DNA of 64,000 nt from positions 32,001 to 96,000 of the forward strand of contig JBHYGA010000004.1 in NCBI GenBank assembly GCA_051859245.1, read 5' to 3'. The notes below the pieces were generated by a model, which did no database searches, had not been told where the DNA came from, and saw only the letters and a list, made by a program, of their open reading frames with translations. Below, in pieces: positions 8,789 to 18,011 of the stretch. The stretch is from Gemmatimonadaceae bacterium. GTDB lineage: Bacteria; Gemmatimonadota; Gemmatimonadetes; Gemmatimonadales; Gemmatimonadaceae. A program made the translations under genes and the position numbers. Each line of letters starts with the position of its first letter. Position 1 is the first letter of the stretch.

Positions 8789-9319
8789 TCAGTCCTCGAG
8801 TGGCGTGGTCTCGCTGCTCGAGTCGTCGGGTTCGCTGTCTGGGACATCACGGCCAGCCGCAACAAGCGCGGCGGCATCGGCGGGTGCTGGCAGAACCACG
8901 CCAGCGCGTGCGGCGCGGAATTCGAGCGTTTGTGGGTCACGCAGACTGCGCAACAGCGCGTCGGCCTCCCGATTCTGCAGATAACGCCCCTTTTCCCAGC
9001 CCGCCACGATGCCCTTGGGTGTTCCGTAACAGAGATCGGCCAACTGCGCCGAGGTGAGCCCGATCGACTCGCGCAGCTGCTTGATTTCCTTTGGAAGCAG
9101 CAGCCCGTGCTCTGTACGGATCAGGTCCGTGGCTTGTTTCTCGGCCGCGTCGCGCTGTTCGATGGTGCGCTGCTCGTGGCCGCACTTCTCGCACCTGAAG
9201 AACTCGCGCGTGACTTCGGCGCCCATGCCGCTCAAGCGGATGGTGACCTGCTCGGTGTGCAGCGTATACCGACCACCGCACCCGCGATGCAGCGATCCCT
9301 CCAGCGACGCCAGACTCAT
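8789..9319 (-). CDS. MqsA/YgiT-type zinc-ribbon + XRE HTH protein
   Basis: HRGC...CEKC zinc-ribbon-like pair, then LLLPKEIKQLRESIGLTSAQLADL...VAGWEKGRYLQ, an MqsA-like HTH. Confidence 0.8.
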   Translation of the reverse strand: MSLASLEGSLHRGCGGRYTLHTEQVTIRLSGMGAEVTREFFRCEKCGHEQRTIEQRDAAEKQATDLIRTEHGLLLPKEIKQLRESIGLTSAQLADLCYGTPKGIVAGWEKGRYLQNREADALLRSLRDPQTLEFRAARAGVVLPAPADAAALVAAGRDVPDSEPDDSSSETTPLED

Positions 9320-9451
9320 GACACTCCGGGAAAACGGGACAAACAGGGCTTTGATGGCCGCGAACGACCTGGTCGAAGAGTGGCGGGTGCACCCCCGATT
9401 GCGCCACCCCGCCACGGGGCCTCCCGACGACCAGAAGTTATGGGGTGGCAC

Positions 9452-9477
9452 TCAAGAGTCGGCGGTCCGCCGCCGAT
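9452..9477 (+). promoter_or_regulatory. Putative sigma28 (FliA)-type promoter
   Basis: TCAAG-N15-GCCGAT ending 31 nt before ATG 9509; same architecture as the motif at 44599-44626. Confidence 0.5.
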
Positions 9478-9508
9478 CCTCCCTACATACCCTCACCCCC
9501 CGACGTCC

Positions 9509-10696
9509 ATGTCCGACCTTTGCGTGGTTCGCCAGCCGATTTTTACCGGCGCTGGTGAACTGATCGGCTACGAAATCCGCTTTCGAGACACCCCTGAAGG
9601 GCGCGATGCCTTTGCGCAGAGCTTCCTCACCGGTGGATTTGACAACATTCGTGCCGATTATCCGGCGTTCGTACCGTGCTCGCGTGGGCAGTTTCTTGGA
9701 CAGATCATTCAGCTCGCCGATCCGCACACCACCATTCCGCTCATTCCGCCTGATGTTGGCTCGGAACCGGAAGTGATCGACGCGATCGAGCGGTTCTGCA
9801 GCGCGGGCGGACAGATAGCGCTCGATCAGGTGACCGAGCAACCGGCCGCGTCTGACGCGCTGCTTCCATATGCACGTTGGGTTCGACTCGATGTGCGATC
9901 GGAAGACGTGCGGGCGCTCGTTACCACCATGTCGCGTGTGCGCGTACGGCGCGACATGCAGTTGATTGCTGATCACATTTACGATCCGCAGCAACTGGCA
10001 CTGGCCAAGCAGCTCAAGTTTGACGCGTTTCAGGGTGCGCAGTTCAGTCGCCCCGAATTGCTGCCGCAATCGGAAGTGCCGTCATCGACAATTTCTGCGT
10101 TGCGGCTGCTCAGTCAGGCGCGTGATCCAAACGTTCAGGATCGTGCGCTCGAAGACGCGATCGCGGTTGACCCGGTGCTCACGTTTCAGCTGCTGCGCAT
10201 TGTGAACTCCGCGTCGGTGGGCGCGCGTGGCGTGACGTCTATTGGTCACGCCCTGCGTTTGATCGGACGCAACGCACTGCTGCGTTGGTTGGCACTCGCG
10301 ATTGCCGCTACGCGTCGCGGCACGTCAGATGTCGACGAGCATCTCGTGCGCCAGGCGGTGGAACGCGCGCGACTGTGCGAAATGCTCGCGGGTTCAGGGC
10401 GGGATTCCGGCACCCTGTTTCTCGTGGGACTGTTTTCGCTGCTCGACGTGGTGTTCCGCATGCCGATCGAAGAGCTGGTGGGCCGCGTGGCACTCGCCGA
10501 TGACGCCAAAGAGGCGCTGCTTGATCGCGCTGGTCCGTACGCCGACGCGCTGAACTTCGCCGAGTCCTACGAGCTCGGATTGTTTGAGAGCGCGGCCGAA
10601 GTCGCGAAAGACATGGGCGTTGACCCGGCCACGATTGGCGAGATCTACGCCGGCGCGTTGCAGTGGACCAGCGAAATGCTCTCGACTGCGGCGTGA
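9509..10696 (+). CDS. EAL(degenerate)-HDOD domain signalling protein (YuxH-like)
   Basis: N-terminal VRQPIF...GYEIRFR and FQG; C-terminal HDOD (DPVLTFQLLRIVNSA, SIGHALRLIG, FLVGLFSLLD). Confidence 0.85.
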   Translation: MSDLCVVRQPIFTGAGELIGYEIRFRDTPEGRDAFAQSFLTGGFDNIRADYPAFVPCSRGQFLGQIIQLADPHTTIPLIPPDVGSEPEVIDAIERFCSAGGQIALDQVTEQPAASDALLPYARWVRLDVRSEDVRALVTTMSRVRVRRDMQLIADHIYDPQQLALAKQLKFDAFQGAQFSRPELLPQSEVPSSTISALRLLSQARDPNVQDRALEDAIAVDPVLTFQLLRIVNSASVGARGVTSIGHALRLIGRNALLRWLALAIAATRRGTSDVDEHLVRQAVERARLCEMLAGSGRDSGTLFLVGLFSLLDVVFRMPIEELVGRVALADDAKEALLDRAGPYADALNFAESYELGLFESAAEVAKDMGVDPATIGEIYAGALQWTSEMLSTAA

Positions 10697-10760
10697 TGCA
10701 CGAGACTCGCGTCATCTGATGTTGTTTTGACGCAGCGACGTGCCCGTCTAAACTTCGGGC

Positions 10761-11300
10761 ATGTCACTCGACACACGAATTTCAGCGGAGCCGCGCGCCG
10801 TGATGGTGCGTTCTCGCGTTACGCGCTTTACACACACTGCCGGTGCATGCTTGCTCGTGCTGAGCGCGCTGTCGGCGTGCGAGCGCCCGTCTCAAGACGT
10901 TCAAGTAGCCGCCGAGACTGCGCTCAGGCCTGATACCCTGTGGGTGGACAACGCCTGGATTCGCGCTGGCGCAAGCGGCGCAATTACGGGCGCGTACGCC
11001 ACGGTGCACAACCCGCTCGACAGTGCCGTCACGATCGCGGGTGCGCGAAGTACCGTCGCAGACACCGTTGAGCTGCACGAAACGATGGAGCACGACGGCA
11101 TGGTACACATGCAAGCGCAAACGGTGGTGGTACTGCCAGCGCGTGACTCCGTCGTGTTTGCGCCGGGTGGCAAACACCTCATGTTGCGCGGACTGCGACG
11201 CACACTCGCGGCCGGCGAGCAGGTGCCGATGCAGTTGTTGTTAACCAACGGCGACTCACTGAGTTTTTCGGCCACAGTGCGTTCAATTACCGGGCAATAG
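10761..11300 (+). CDS. Periplasmic copper chaperone PCu(A)C
   Basis: NAWIRA, ELHETMEHDGMVHM and FAPGGKHLML motifs; lipobox LSAC. Confidence 0.9.
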   Translation: MSLDTRISAEPRAVMVRSRVTRFTHTAGACLLVLSALSACERPSQDVQVAAETALRPDTLWVDNAWIRAGASGAITGAYATVHNPLDSAVTIAGARSTVADTVELHETMEHDGMVHMQAQTVVVLPARDSVVFAPGGKHLMLRGLRRTLAAGEQVPMQLLLTNGDSLSFSATVRSITGQ

Positions 11301-11324
11301 CCGGCGACCTGTACGGGTTGTGTA

Positions 11325-12164
11325 TCAGCTCAGCGCTGGAGGCTCACTCTCGCCGAGCCACCCGGTCACGGCCAGCACGAGCAGTGTGAGTAGTACTTCA
11401 AGTTGAAGTGATCGGCGCATTGCCATGACATCGGTCTTCGACGAACGCACCAGTTGCAGGTGATGACGTGCACCCAGCGCCAGCACGAGTGCCACGAATC
11501 CCGTTTTGATCAGCACCAGGCGACCATAGCCGGGTTCCAGCAACTGCCACGGTGACCCTAGTCGCGTCCACACCGTGATCACACCGCTGACCACAACCAC
11601 TGGTGCAGCAATGAGTGCGATCGCGCCGTAGCGCGGCACGAGCGGATGCAACGCGTGCACATCGTTCCACCACGGGCGCGCGAGCAATGCGAGTGTCCCC
11701 AGCCACACCGCAGCGGCAGTCGCGTGCACACCCGTGAGCGCGAAGGCCAGCAGTTGGTTGTCTGCAGCGGCCGCATGCCCGAGCCACGGCACCAGCGCCA
11801 ACAGCATCACCGCCAGCACCCGTGCCGACATGTTGGTGAAACGCGCCGGCAACGCCGCGCCTAACAGTGCGGCGAGCGCGAGCAATGCCAGTGCTGCGCG
11901 CGTGCGTCCCCAGTTTGTACCCGCCAGCATGGCAAACGTATCGGCGATCGGCGATGCGTCGGGCGCGAACGCGTCAAACGCGAGGAGCTGCCCACCCGCT
12001 TGCACGATGACAGCAAACGTGAGCGCGAGTGCCGCGTAGAGCATTGGTACGCGAATGGCGCGTGACGGCGCGAGCCACGTGCAGACGGCAGCGCCCACCA
12101 GTATGAAGGCACCCGTGAGCGCGAGTGCGCGTCCACCGGCCGTGAGCAGGAGAGGCAGGTCCAT
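11325..12164 (-). CDS. CopD-family copper resistance membrane protein
   Basis: GHAAA, H..AAAVWLGTL and YGRLVLIK motifs; about 8 TM segments. Confidence 0.8.
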   Translation of the reverse strand: MDLPLLLTAGGRALALTGAFILVGAAVCTWLAPSRAIRVPMLYAALALTFAVIVQAGGQLLAFDAFAPDASPIADTFAMLAGTNWGRTRAALALLALAALLGAALPARFTNMSARVLAVMLLALVPWLGHAAAADNQLLAFALTGVHATAAAVWLGTLALLARPWWNDVHALHPLVPRYGAIALIAAPVVVVSGVITVWTRLGSPWQLLEPGYGRLVLIKTGFVALVLALGARHHLQLVRSSKTDVMAMRRSLQLEVLLTLLVLAVTGWLGESEPPALS

Positions 12165-12358
12165 GGCGAATGCCGAGAGGCTGGTCGTGATGTGGGTCGT
12201 AGTGCAGGTCGTAATACAGGCCGTGACGATTGGAATGAATCCGTTGCGCAGCGCACGCGCGTTCCTGCTGGCGTGCTTCCCCGACGCGGCGACGCGTTGC
12301 AATGTACGAGTGGTACCTCCCCCATGCGGCATCCGTTGTCTCTCCTGCAGGAACTCAC

Positions 12359-12949
12359 GTGTTCACTCCTCGCGCGCGTCTCGTTTTGTTCTTCGGTTGG
12401 TTGGTCGTTGCTGCCTGCGGCGGCGGCAAAGCGGATTCGTCACCAATCGCGACGTCTCGTGTTAGCGACACGTTGCCGAGCGTCCCCGAATCCGCGCGCA
12501 CCGCGACCGATAGCAGCGCGGCACGCGACTCAGCCCGTGTGGTGGACAGCATTGTGGCCGCCATTCGTGCCTGCCCGCGTGACGGTGCGTGGCATGAGTG
12601 CAGCCTGGAACGTCGGATCCAGATGTCCGGATTTCGCACCGTTCGTGCGGACTCGGTGGCTCGCATTCCAGGCGTCGACCGAGACGGCACGTTGTGGCTG
12701 CTTGGTCGGCAGTCGCTGCACGTGATCTTTTTTGCGTCGGCGAGCGCGGCGGAGCAGGCTATGCAGACGCTCGACTCGTCGCGTGCCGCACCGCGAGCCG
12801 ATACTGCGGCATACTGGCCGGAGCGCCCGACGCTGATTCGGTCAGCCAACGCGTTGGCCGTGCTGGTGGGCGGCTCCGATCGCACGGTCGAGCGTATTGC
12901 CAACGCGATTACGGCCGGCCCTCCGCAGCCCGAACGAACAACCCCCTAG
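12359..12949 (+). CDS. Hypothetical lipoprotein
   Basis: GTG start after AGGA; lipobox VAA-C-GGG; Cys pair in CPRDGAWHEC. Confidence 0.65.
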   Translation: MFTPRARLVLFFGWLVVAACGGGKADSSPIATSRVSDTLPSVPESARTATDSSAARDSARVVDSIVAAIRACPRDGAWHECSLERRIQMSGFRTVRADSVARIPGVDRDGTLWLLGRQSLHVIFFASASAAEQAMQTLDSSRAAPRADTAAYWPERPTLIRSANALAVLVGGSDRTVERIANAITAGPPQPERTTP

Positions 12950-13173
12950 ACTGGATACTTTGTTCGGCTTTTATTCGATATGGCCGTTACATTTTTGGCG
13001 TTGTATCGCAGTTTTTGCGTTTTGTGCAAGATTTGCGTGTCATTTGCGTGATTTGGGATTGAGAACGTTCTCGATTTGAGTACTTTTCTGCACACAATGC
13101 AGAATGCGACCACCGATCAGGCTTTCCGGTGCGGCGCACTCCACTCACGATCTCCTCAACGCTCTCAACGGTC

Positions 13174-15402
13174 ATGGCCATCGACTCGATTAACCCGCGC
13201 TTTGCGATTCTGCGCGAGATCACGCAGCGTGCTGTGCGTATCACACCTCGCCCGGTCGACGAAAACGGCGTGGTGCTGCCAACGTCTTCGTTCTTTGGCG
13301 ACAATACCTTTGGCCTGCGCCAGATGCGCACCAAGCTGCCGGCGCATGTCTACGCGTCGCTCGCCGATTCCGTGCGACTCGGCCGCAAGCTCGACAGCGA
13401 GATTGCACCGATTGTCGCGCAGGCCATCAAGGAATGGGCGATTTCGCGCGGCGTCACGCACTTCACGCACTGGTTCCAGCCGCAGACAGGGCTCACGGCC
13501 GAAAAGCATGACGCGTTTCTGGGCTTTGACGAAAACGGATTGCCGATTGAGCAGTTCTCGGGCGAGCAGCTGATTCAGTCGGAACCCGATGCATCGAGCT
13601 TCCCGAGCGGTGGACTGCGCGCCACGTGGGAAGCGCGTGGTTACACGGCCTGGAATCCGGCCAGCCCGGTGTTCATTGACGAAGAGGGTGGCACGCGCAC
13701 GCTCTGCGTCCCGTCGGTGTTCATTGGTTATAACGGTGAAGCGCTCGACGAAATGACGCCGCTGCTGCGCAGCTCGGATGTCATTTCACAGAAGGCGATG
13801 GCGTTGCTTGAGCTGATCGGTGATACGGGCGTGCAGCGTGTGGTGACCACGCTTGGTCCGGAGCAGGAGTTCTTCATGATCGATCGTGGGCACTTTGCAC
13901 TGCGCCCCGACCTGGTCATGGCGCGTCGCACGTTGCTCGGCGCCGAACCGCCACGTGGACAGCAGCTCGAAGACCACTATTTCGGTGGCATTCCGGAGCG
14001 CGTCCAGGCGTGCATCAGCGAAGTGGAAACGGATCTGTACAAGCTTGGCGTACCGATCATGACGCGTCATAACGAAGTCGCACCGTGTCAGTTCGAGATG
14101 GCACCGCTGTACGAAGAGACCGATGTGGCCGTTGATCACAACCACATGGTCATGGAAGTGCTCAAGAAAGTCGCCATGCGTCATGGTCTGCAGGCCATCA
14201 TGCACGAAAAGCCGTTCGCGGGCATCAACGGATCGGGCAAGCACTGCAATTGGTCGCTGGCGATCACGTCGGACAACTCGCTCGACGGCATGAACCTGCT
14301 CAAGCCCGGCAAAACGCCGCACGAAAACCTGCGCTTCCTGCTGTTCCTTGCCGCGGTGCTGAAGGGTGTGCACAAGCATGGTGCGTTGTTGCGCGCGGGC
14401 ATTGCCACAAGCGGCAACGAACATCGCCTGGGCGCCAACGAAGCGCCACCGGCCATCATCTCCGTGTTCCTTGGTCGGTCGCTCACGCAGGTGTGCGATG
14501 ATATTGCCGCGGGCAAGACGGGCAAAGGATCGGCAGAGCAGACGATGCTCAAGCTCGGCGTCGACAAGTTGCCGGAAGTGGTGCAGGACAACACAGATCG
14601 TAATCGCACATCGCCGTTTGCCTTTACCGGCGCGAAGTTTGAGTTCCGTGCAGTCGGCGGATCGCAGAGCATTGCGTTCCCCGTGATGTTGCTGCAGGCC
14701 GCCGTGGCGGAAGCGATTGATGAGATCACGGTGGATCTGAAGAAGGCACTCAAGTCCGCCAAGACCACCGGCGACGCGGTGCTGAGCGTGGTGCAGGCGG
14801 CGTTCAAGAGCACGGCTGCCATTCGTTTTGAAGGCAACAACTACTCAGACGAGTGGGTGGTGGAGGCCAAGAAGCGCGGCCTGCCGAACATGCGTCGCAC
14901 ACCAGAGGCGTTGCAGGCGCTGGTGAGTGATTCGTCGCGCAAGCTGTTCGAGCATACCGGCGTGCTGACCAAGCCCGAGCTCGACAGCCGCTATCACATC
15001 CGGCTTGAGCGCTACAACAAGGATCTGCTCATCGAGATGCACACGCTGCAGCAGATGGTGGACACGCAGATCCTGCCGGCCTGCTATACGTACTTTGGTG
15101 ACCTGTCGGGCGATGCAGGCCGTGGCGCCGCGTCGGGCATCAACTTGCAGCCGCTTATCAACGCCGCAAACACGGTGAGCAATCTGATCACGTCACTGCA
15201 GAAGGCGCGCACGGATCTGAGCAAGGTGCTGACCAAGGCCGAAGCGTTGCACGATGATATCGTGGCGCAGGGCGAGATCATTTCCACCACGGGCCGCGAA
15301 GCCATGGACGCGGTGCGCGTGGTGTGTGACTCACTCGAGCTCACCATCGGTGATTCGTACTGGCCGCTGCCGCGTTATCGTGAAATGCTGTTCCCGGTGT
15401 AA
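13174..15402 (+). CDS. Glutamine synthetase type III
   Basis: THFTHWFQPQTG, EPDASSFPSGGLRATWEARGY, HEKPFAGINGSGKH, RLGANEAPPAI, DRNRTSPFAFTG and terminal WPLPRYREMLF. Confidence 0.97.
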   Translation: MAIDSINPRFAILREITQRAVRITPRPVDENGVVLPTSSFFGDNTFGLRQMRTKLPAHVYASLADSVRLGRKLDSEIAPIVAQAIKEWAISRGVTHFTHWFQPQTGLTAEKHDAFLGFDENGLPIEQFSGEQLIQSEPDASSFPSGGLRATWEARGYTAWNPASPVFIDEEGGTRTLCVPSVFIGYNGEALDEMTPLLRSSDVISQKAMALLELIGDTGVQRVVTTLGPEQEFFMIDRGHFALRPDLVMARRTLLGAEPPRGQQLEDHYFGGIPERVQACISEVETDLYKLGVPIMTRHNEVAPCQFEMAPLYEETDVAVDHNHMVMEVLKKVAMRHGLQAIMHEKPFAGINGSGKHCNWSLAITSDNSLDGMNLLKPGKTPHENLRFLLFLAAVLKGVHKHGALLRAGIATSGNEHRLGANEAPPAIISVFLGRSLTQVCDDIAAGKTGKGSAEQTMLKLGVDKLPEVVQDNTDRNRTSPFAFTGAKFEFRAVGGSQSIAFPVMLLQAAVAEAIDEITVDLKKALKSAKTTGDAVLSVVQAAFKSTAAIRFEGNNYSDEWVVEAKKRGLPNMRRTPEALQALVSDSSRKLFEHTGVLTKPELDSRYHIRLERYNKDLLIEMHTLQQMVDTQILPACYTYFGDLSGDAGRGAASGINLQPLINAANTVSNLITSLQKARTDLSKVLTKAEALHDDIVAQGEIISTTGREAMDAVRVVCDSLELTIGDSYWPLPRYREMLFPV

Positions 15403-15423
15403 TCGCTGGCGACAACCCGAATA

Positions 15424-15465
15424 AAACAAAGCGGCGCCATCCTTTCGGGTGGCGCCGCTTTGTTT
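15424..15465. terminator. Bidirectional intrinsic terminator
   Basis: AAACAAAGCGGCGCCA / TGGCGCCGCTTTGTTT perfect arms between convergent genes. Confidence 0.9.
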
Positions 15466-15501
15466 GCGCGAGCAATTCGCTGCTGGAGTCCGTCAGCGCA
15501 A

Positions 15502-16179
15502 CTACTGCCGATGATACGCGAGACCAGCACGATTGGCTTGTTCGATGGCGATCACCATTGCCGGCACCAGTTCAACACCGGGCAGGACATTCGCTTTCAT
15601 GTCGTTGTATACGGCATCCGCATTCAAGCCCTGACTCTGTGCAACCATACCGGCAAAAATGGTCAGCGCATTGTTGCACAGAATGAAACGCGTGCCACGC
15701 TTCTGGAGCGATTCGATACTGGCCGGTGCCAGGGCCATGCCGAGAATCTGCGGCTCCTTGCGCCACGGATTCGGCGTTGCGCCCGTGCCGGCATCCGCAC
15801 CCACACCCTTCAGGAAGGCCGCAAGATTGTATTTGGTCCACATCGCATCGGACAAGCCATGAAAGGTGGTTGAACCATAGAAGGTGCCAACCGTATTCAG
15901 CTTGGTATCGGCCACACCGTAGGCCTTGTTGTACGTATCAAGAAAGTTCATGATGTGCACAAGCGGGATACCACCAGCCGGTGCGGGCGAATCAAAGAGT
16001 TGTTTGTGTGCGCCGTTCAGTCCCTGCAGCCACTTGTCTTCAGGAGCGCTCGACGCGGCGCTGGCGATGGGCTCAAGGGTAGAGGCTTCGCTGTTGGGCG
16101 TTGTCACGAACGAGGCGATGATTGCGCCCGCAGCGACCGTTGCGATGAACGTGGTGCGCAATGTGGTTCGAGTAGACAT
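15502..16179 (-). CDS. Secreted DsrE/DsrF-like protein
   Basis: N-terminal signal peptide; C-terminal LQKRGTRFILCNNAL...LPGVELVPAMVIAIEQANRAGLAY resembles the DsrE fold. Confidence 0.6.
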   Translation of the reverse strand: MSTRTTLRTTFIATVAAGAIIASFVTTPNSEASTLEPIASAASSAPEDKWLQGLNGAHKQLFDSPAPAGGIPLVHIMNFLDTYNKAYGVADTKLNTVGTFYGSTTFHGLSDAMWTKYNLAAFLKGVGADAGTGATPNPWRKEPQILGMALAPASIESLQKRGTRFILCNNALTIFAGMVAQSQGLNADAVYNDMKANVLPGVELVPAMVIAIEQANRAGLAYHRQ

Positions 16180-16294
16180 TCGACTTCTCCGAGCAAAGGT
16201 GAGAGTAGCGAATCGTCGCACCTGAAACGTCCGCTTGCTCACATTGCGCGCAAGTCGGCTTGCGCCCGACAACCGCACATGTTCGCGCTACCTC

Positions 16295-16999
16295 TTAGCG
16301 CAGAATCTCTTCGTGCTCAGACAAAACAGACAGCAACGCACGGACACGCTCGCCGGGATCCGCCGCGCTGAGCACGTCGCCGCACACCGCCACTGCCCGT
16401 GCACCGGCGCGAACACAATCCGAAACGTTGGCCGGCGTGATTCCGCCCAATGCAACGACGGTGTTCCCGCCCTGTGCGACCTCGCGAATCATGCCGATAC
16501 CCGCCGGCCGCACACCAGGCTTTGATTCGGTAGCAAACACCGGCGCGAGCAACAGGTATTGCGGAGCGTGAGCACGGGCTTCCGAGAAAGCGACGGCACG
16601 CTCGTCTCGCGTTGACGAGCGCTGCCGCACGGCACTCGCGGCGAACGTCTCGCCATGCACCGATCGGCCAACGAGCGTTGACACATCGGCTGCGGCAAAG
16701 TGCGGATCACGCTCTGCGCAGTGCACCGAGAGACGAAGCTCCGGGTACGCAGTGCGCAACATGGCGTACGCGCTGGGACGCACCGCCCAGGTCACTCGCG
16801 GATCAGCAACCACGTCGATCAGCACATGGCATAGCGAGATATAGGAAAACAAATCAAGATCCGGTTCGCGCACACGGATCCAGCGCGCCCCACCTTTTGC
16901 TGCACTCACAAGCGCCTCGGGCAGCGCCTGCGTAGAACGCGCACGATCTGTGATCACCATCAGAGGCGACGGCAGTTCGATTTCTTCGAGCGACTCCAT
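16295..16999 (-). CDS. Thiamine-phosphate synthase/TenI family protein
   Basis: GRSVH, PVFATESKPG and VVALGGIT motifs; last gene of the thi operon; ThiE catalytic motifs partly degenerate. Confidence 0.8.
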   Translation of the reverse strand: MESLEEIELPSPLMVITDRARSTQALPEALVSAAKGGARWIRVREPDLDLFSYISLCHVLIDVVADPRVTWAVRPSAYAMLRTAYPELRLSVHCAERDPHFAAADVSTLVGRSVHGETFAASAVRQRSSTRDERAVAFSEARAHAPQYLLLAPVFATESKPGVRPAGIGMIREVAQGGNTVVALGGITPANVSDCVRAGARAVAVCGDVLSAADPGERVRALLSVLSEHEEILR

Positions 17000-17775
17000 C
17001 AGCTGCCAATCATACCGATCTCAGGACTCGACGGATCAGCAAACAGTCGTTCCGGAATGCGACCGGCCAGTCGGGCTGCTCGGCCGGCCTGCACCGCGTC
17101 ACGTAACGCGGCCGCCATCAGCACCGGATTGTCGGCACGCGCAACGGCAGTGTTGGCAAGCACCGCACTCGCGCCGAGTTCCATGGCCAGTGCCGCGTGC
17201 GACGCGGTGCCGATCCCTGCGTCCACGATCACCGGGACCGAACTCCGTGAACATAGATGTTCAAGCGTGGACGGATTCAGAATGCCGCGCCCCGAACCAA
17301 TGAATGATGCGAGTGGCATGACCGCGGCGCAGCCAACATCGGCGAGTCGCTGACACGCGACCGGATCATCGGTGCAATACGGGAGCACAATGAATCCATC
17401 GCGCACCAATTGGTCAGCCGCCTGTACCAGTTGCACGATGTCCGGATACAGCGTTTCGCGATCGCCGATCAGCTCCAGTTTCAGCCACGGCGTACCCAGC
17501 GCCTCGCGCGCGAGTTGCGCCGTCAGCACGGCGTCGCGCACCGTAAAGCAGCCGGCCGTATTGGGGAGCAAACGATACGCGTTGCCAAGCAGCGACGGCA
17601 GCGATTCTCCCTCGCCACTCAGCGCAATGCGTCGCACGGCGACGGTGACAATTTCGGTGCGGCTCTCTTTCAGCGCATTGAGCAGCGTTGCGCGATTGGG
17701 ATACCCGGCCGAACCAAGCAACAAACGCGAACCAAACGACTCGCCACCGAGGATGAAGTTGTCGGTCTCAGCCAC
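16999..17775 (-). CDS. thiG: Thiazole synthase
   Basis: SRLLLG, LPNTAGC, WLKLE, VLPY, AVMPL, DAGIG motifs. Confidence 0.97.
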   Translation of the reverse strand: MAETDNFILGGESFGSRLLLGSAGYPNRATLLNALKESRTEIVTVAVRRIALSGEGESLPSLLGNAYRLLPNTAGCFTVRDAVLTAQLAREALGTPWLKLELIGDRETLYPDIVQLVQAADQLVRDGFIVLPYCTDDPVACQRLADVGCAAVMPLASFIGSGRGILNPSTLEHLCSRSSVPVIVDAGIGTASHAALAMELGASAVLANTAVARADNPVLMAAALRDAVQAGRAARLAGRIPERLFADPSSPEIGMIGS

Positions 17776-17965
17776 CGGCCACCGCCGTAATCACTTCAAT
17801 GCGATCGTCGGTGTTCAGTCTCAGGTTGTCCCACTGGGCGCGCGGCACCACTGACTCATTCACTGCGATGGCCAGATGGCGTGTCTCCGCGTTGAGCGAC
17901 AACTGCGCCAGCGCCGCGAGCAGCGTTGGCGTTGGCAGTTCGTGCGGCGTTCCGTTGAGCAACAC
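17768..17965 (-). CDS. thiS: Sulfur carrier protein ThiS
   Basis: LNG...[11 protein letters not shown]...[12 protein letters not shown] with C-terminal Gly-Gly; GTG 17965 gives the typical ~65 aa (start uncertain). Confidence 0.92.
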   Translation of the reverse strand: MLLNGTPHELPTPTLLAALAQLSLNAETRHLAIAVNESVVPRAQWDNLRLNTDDRIEVITAVAGG

Positions 17966-18011
17966 GCGGACGAACCGTGACGTCGCTTCGTTCGCGACGG
18001 CTGCGGCGTGT

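Noticed and set aside
8930..9508. N-terminal extensions in the ORF track (also GNAT to 45629, 50477, 53212, 56596)
   Set aside because: They overlap neighbouring real genes; family-like sequence begins at downstream starts.
12995..13010. TGGC...CGCA sigma54-like site upstream of GSIII
   Set aside because: GG-to-GC spacing is 9 nt rather than the required 10.
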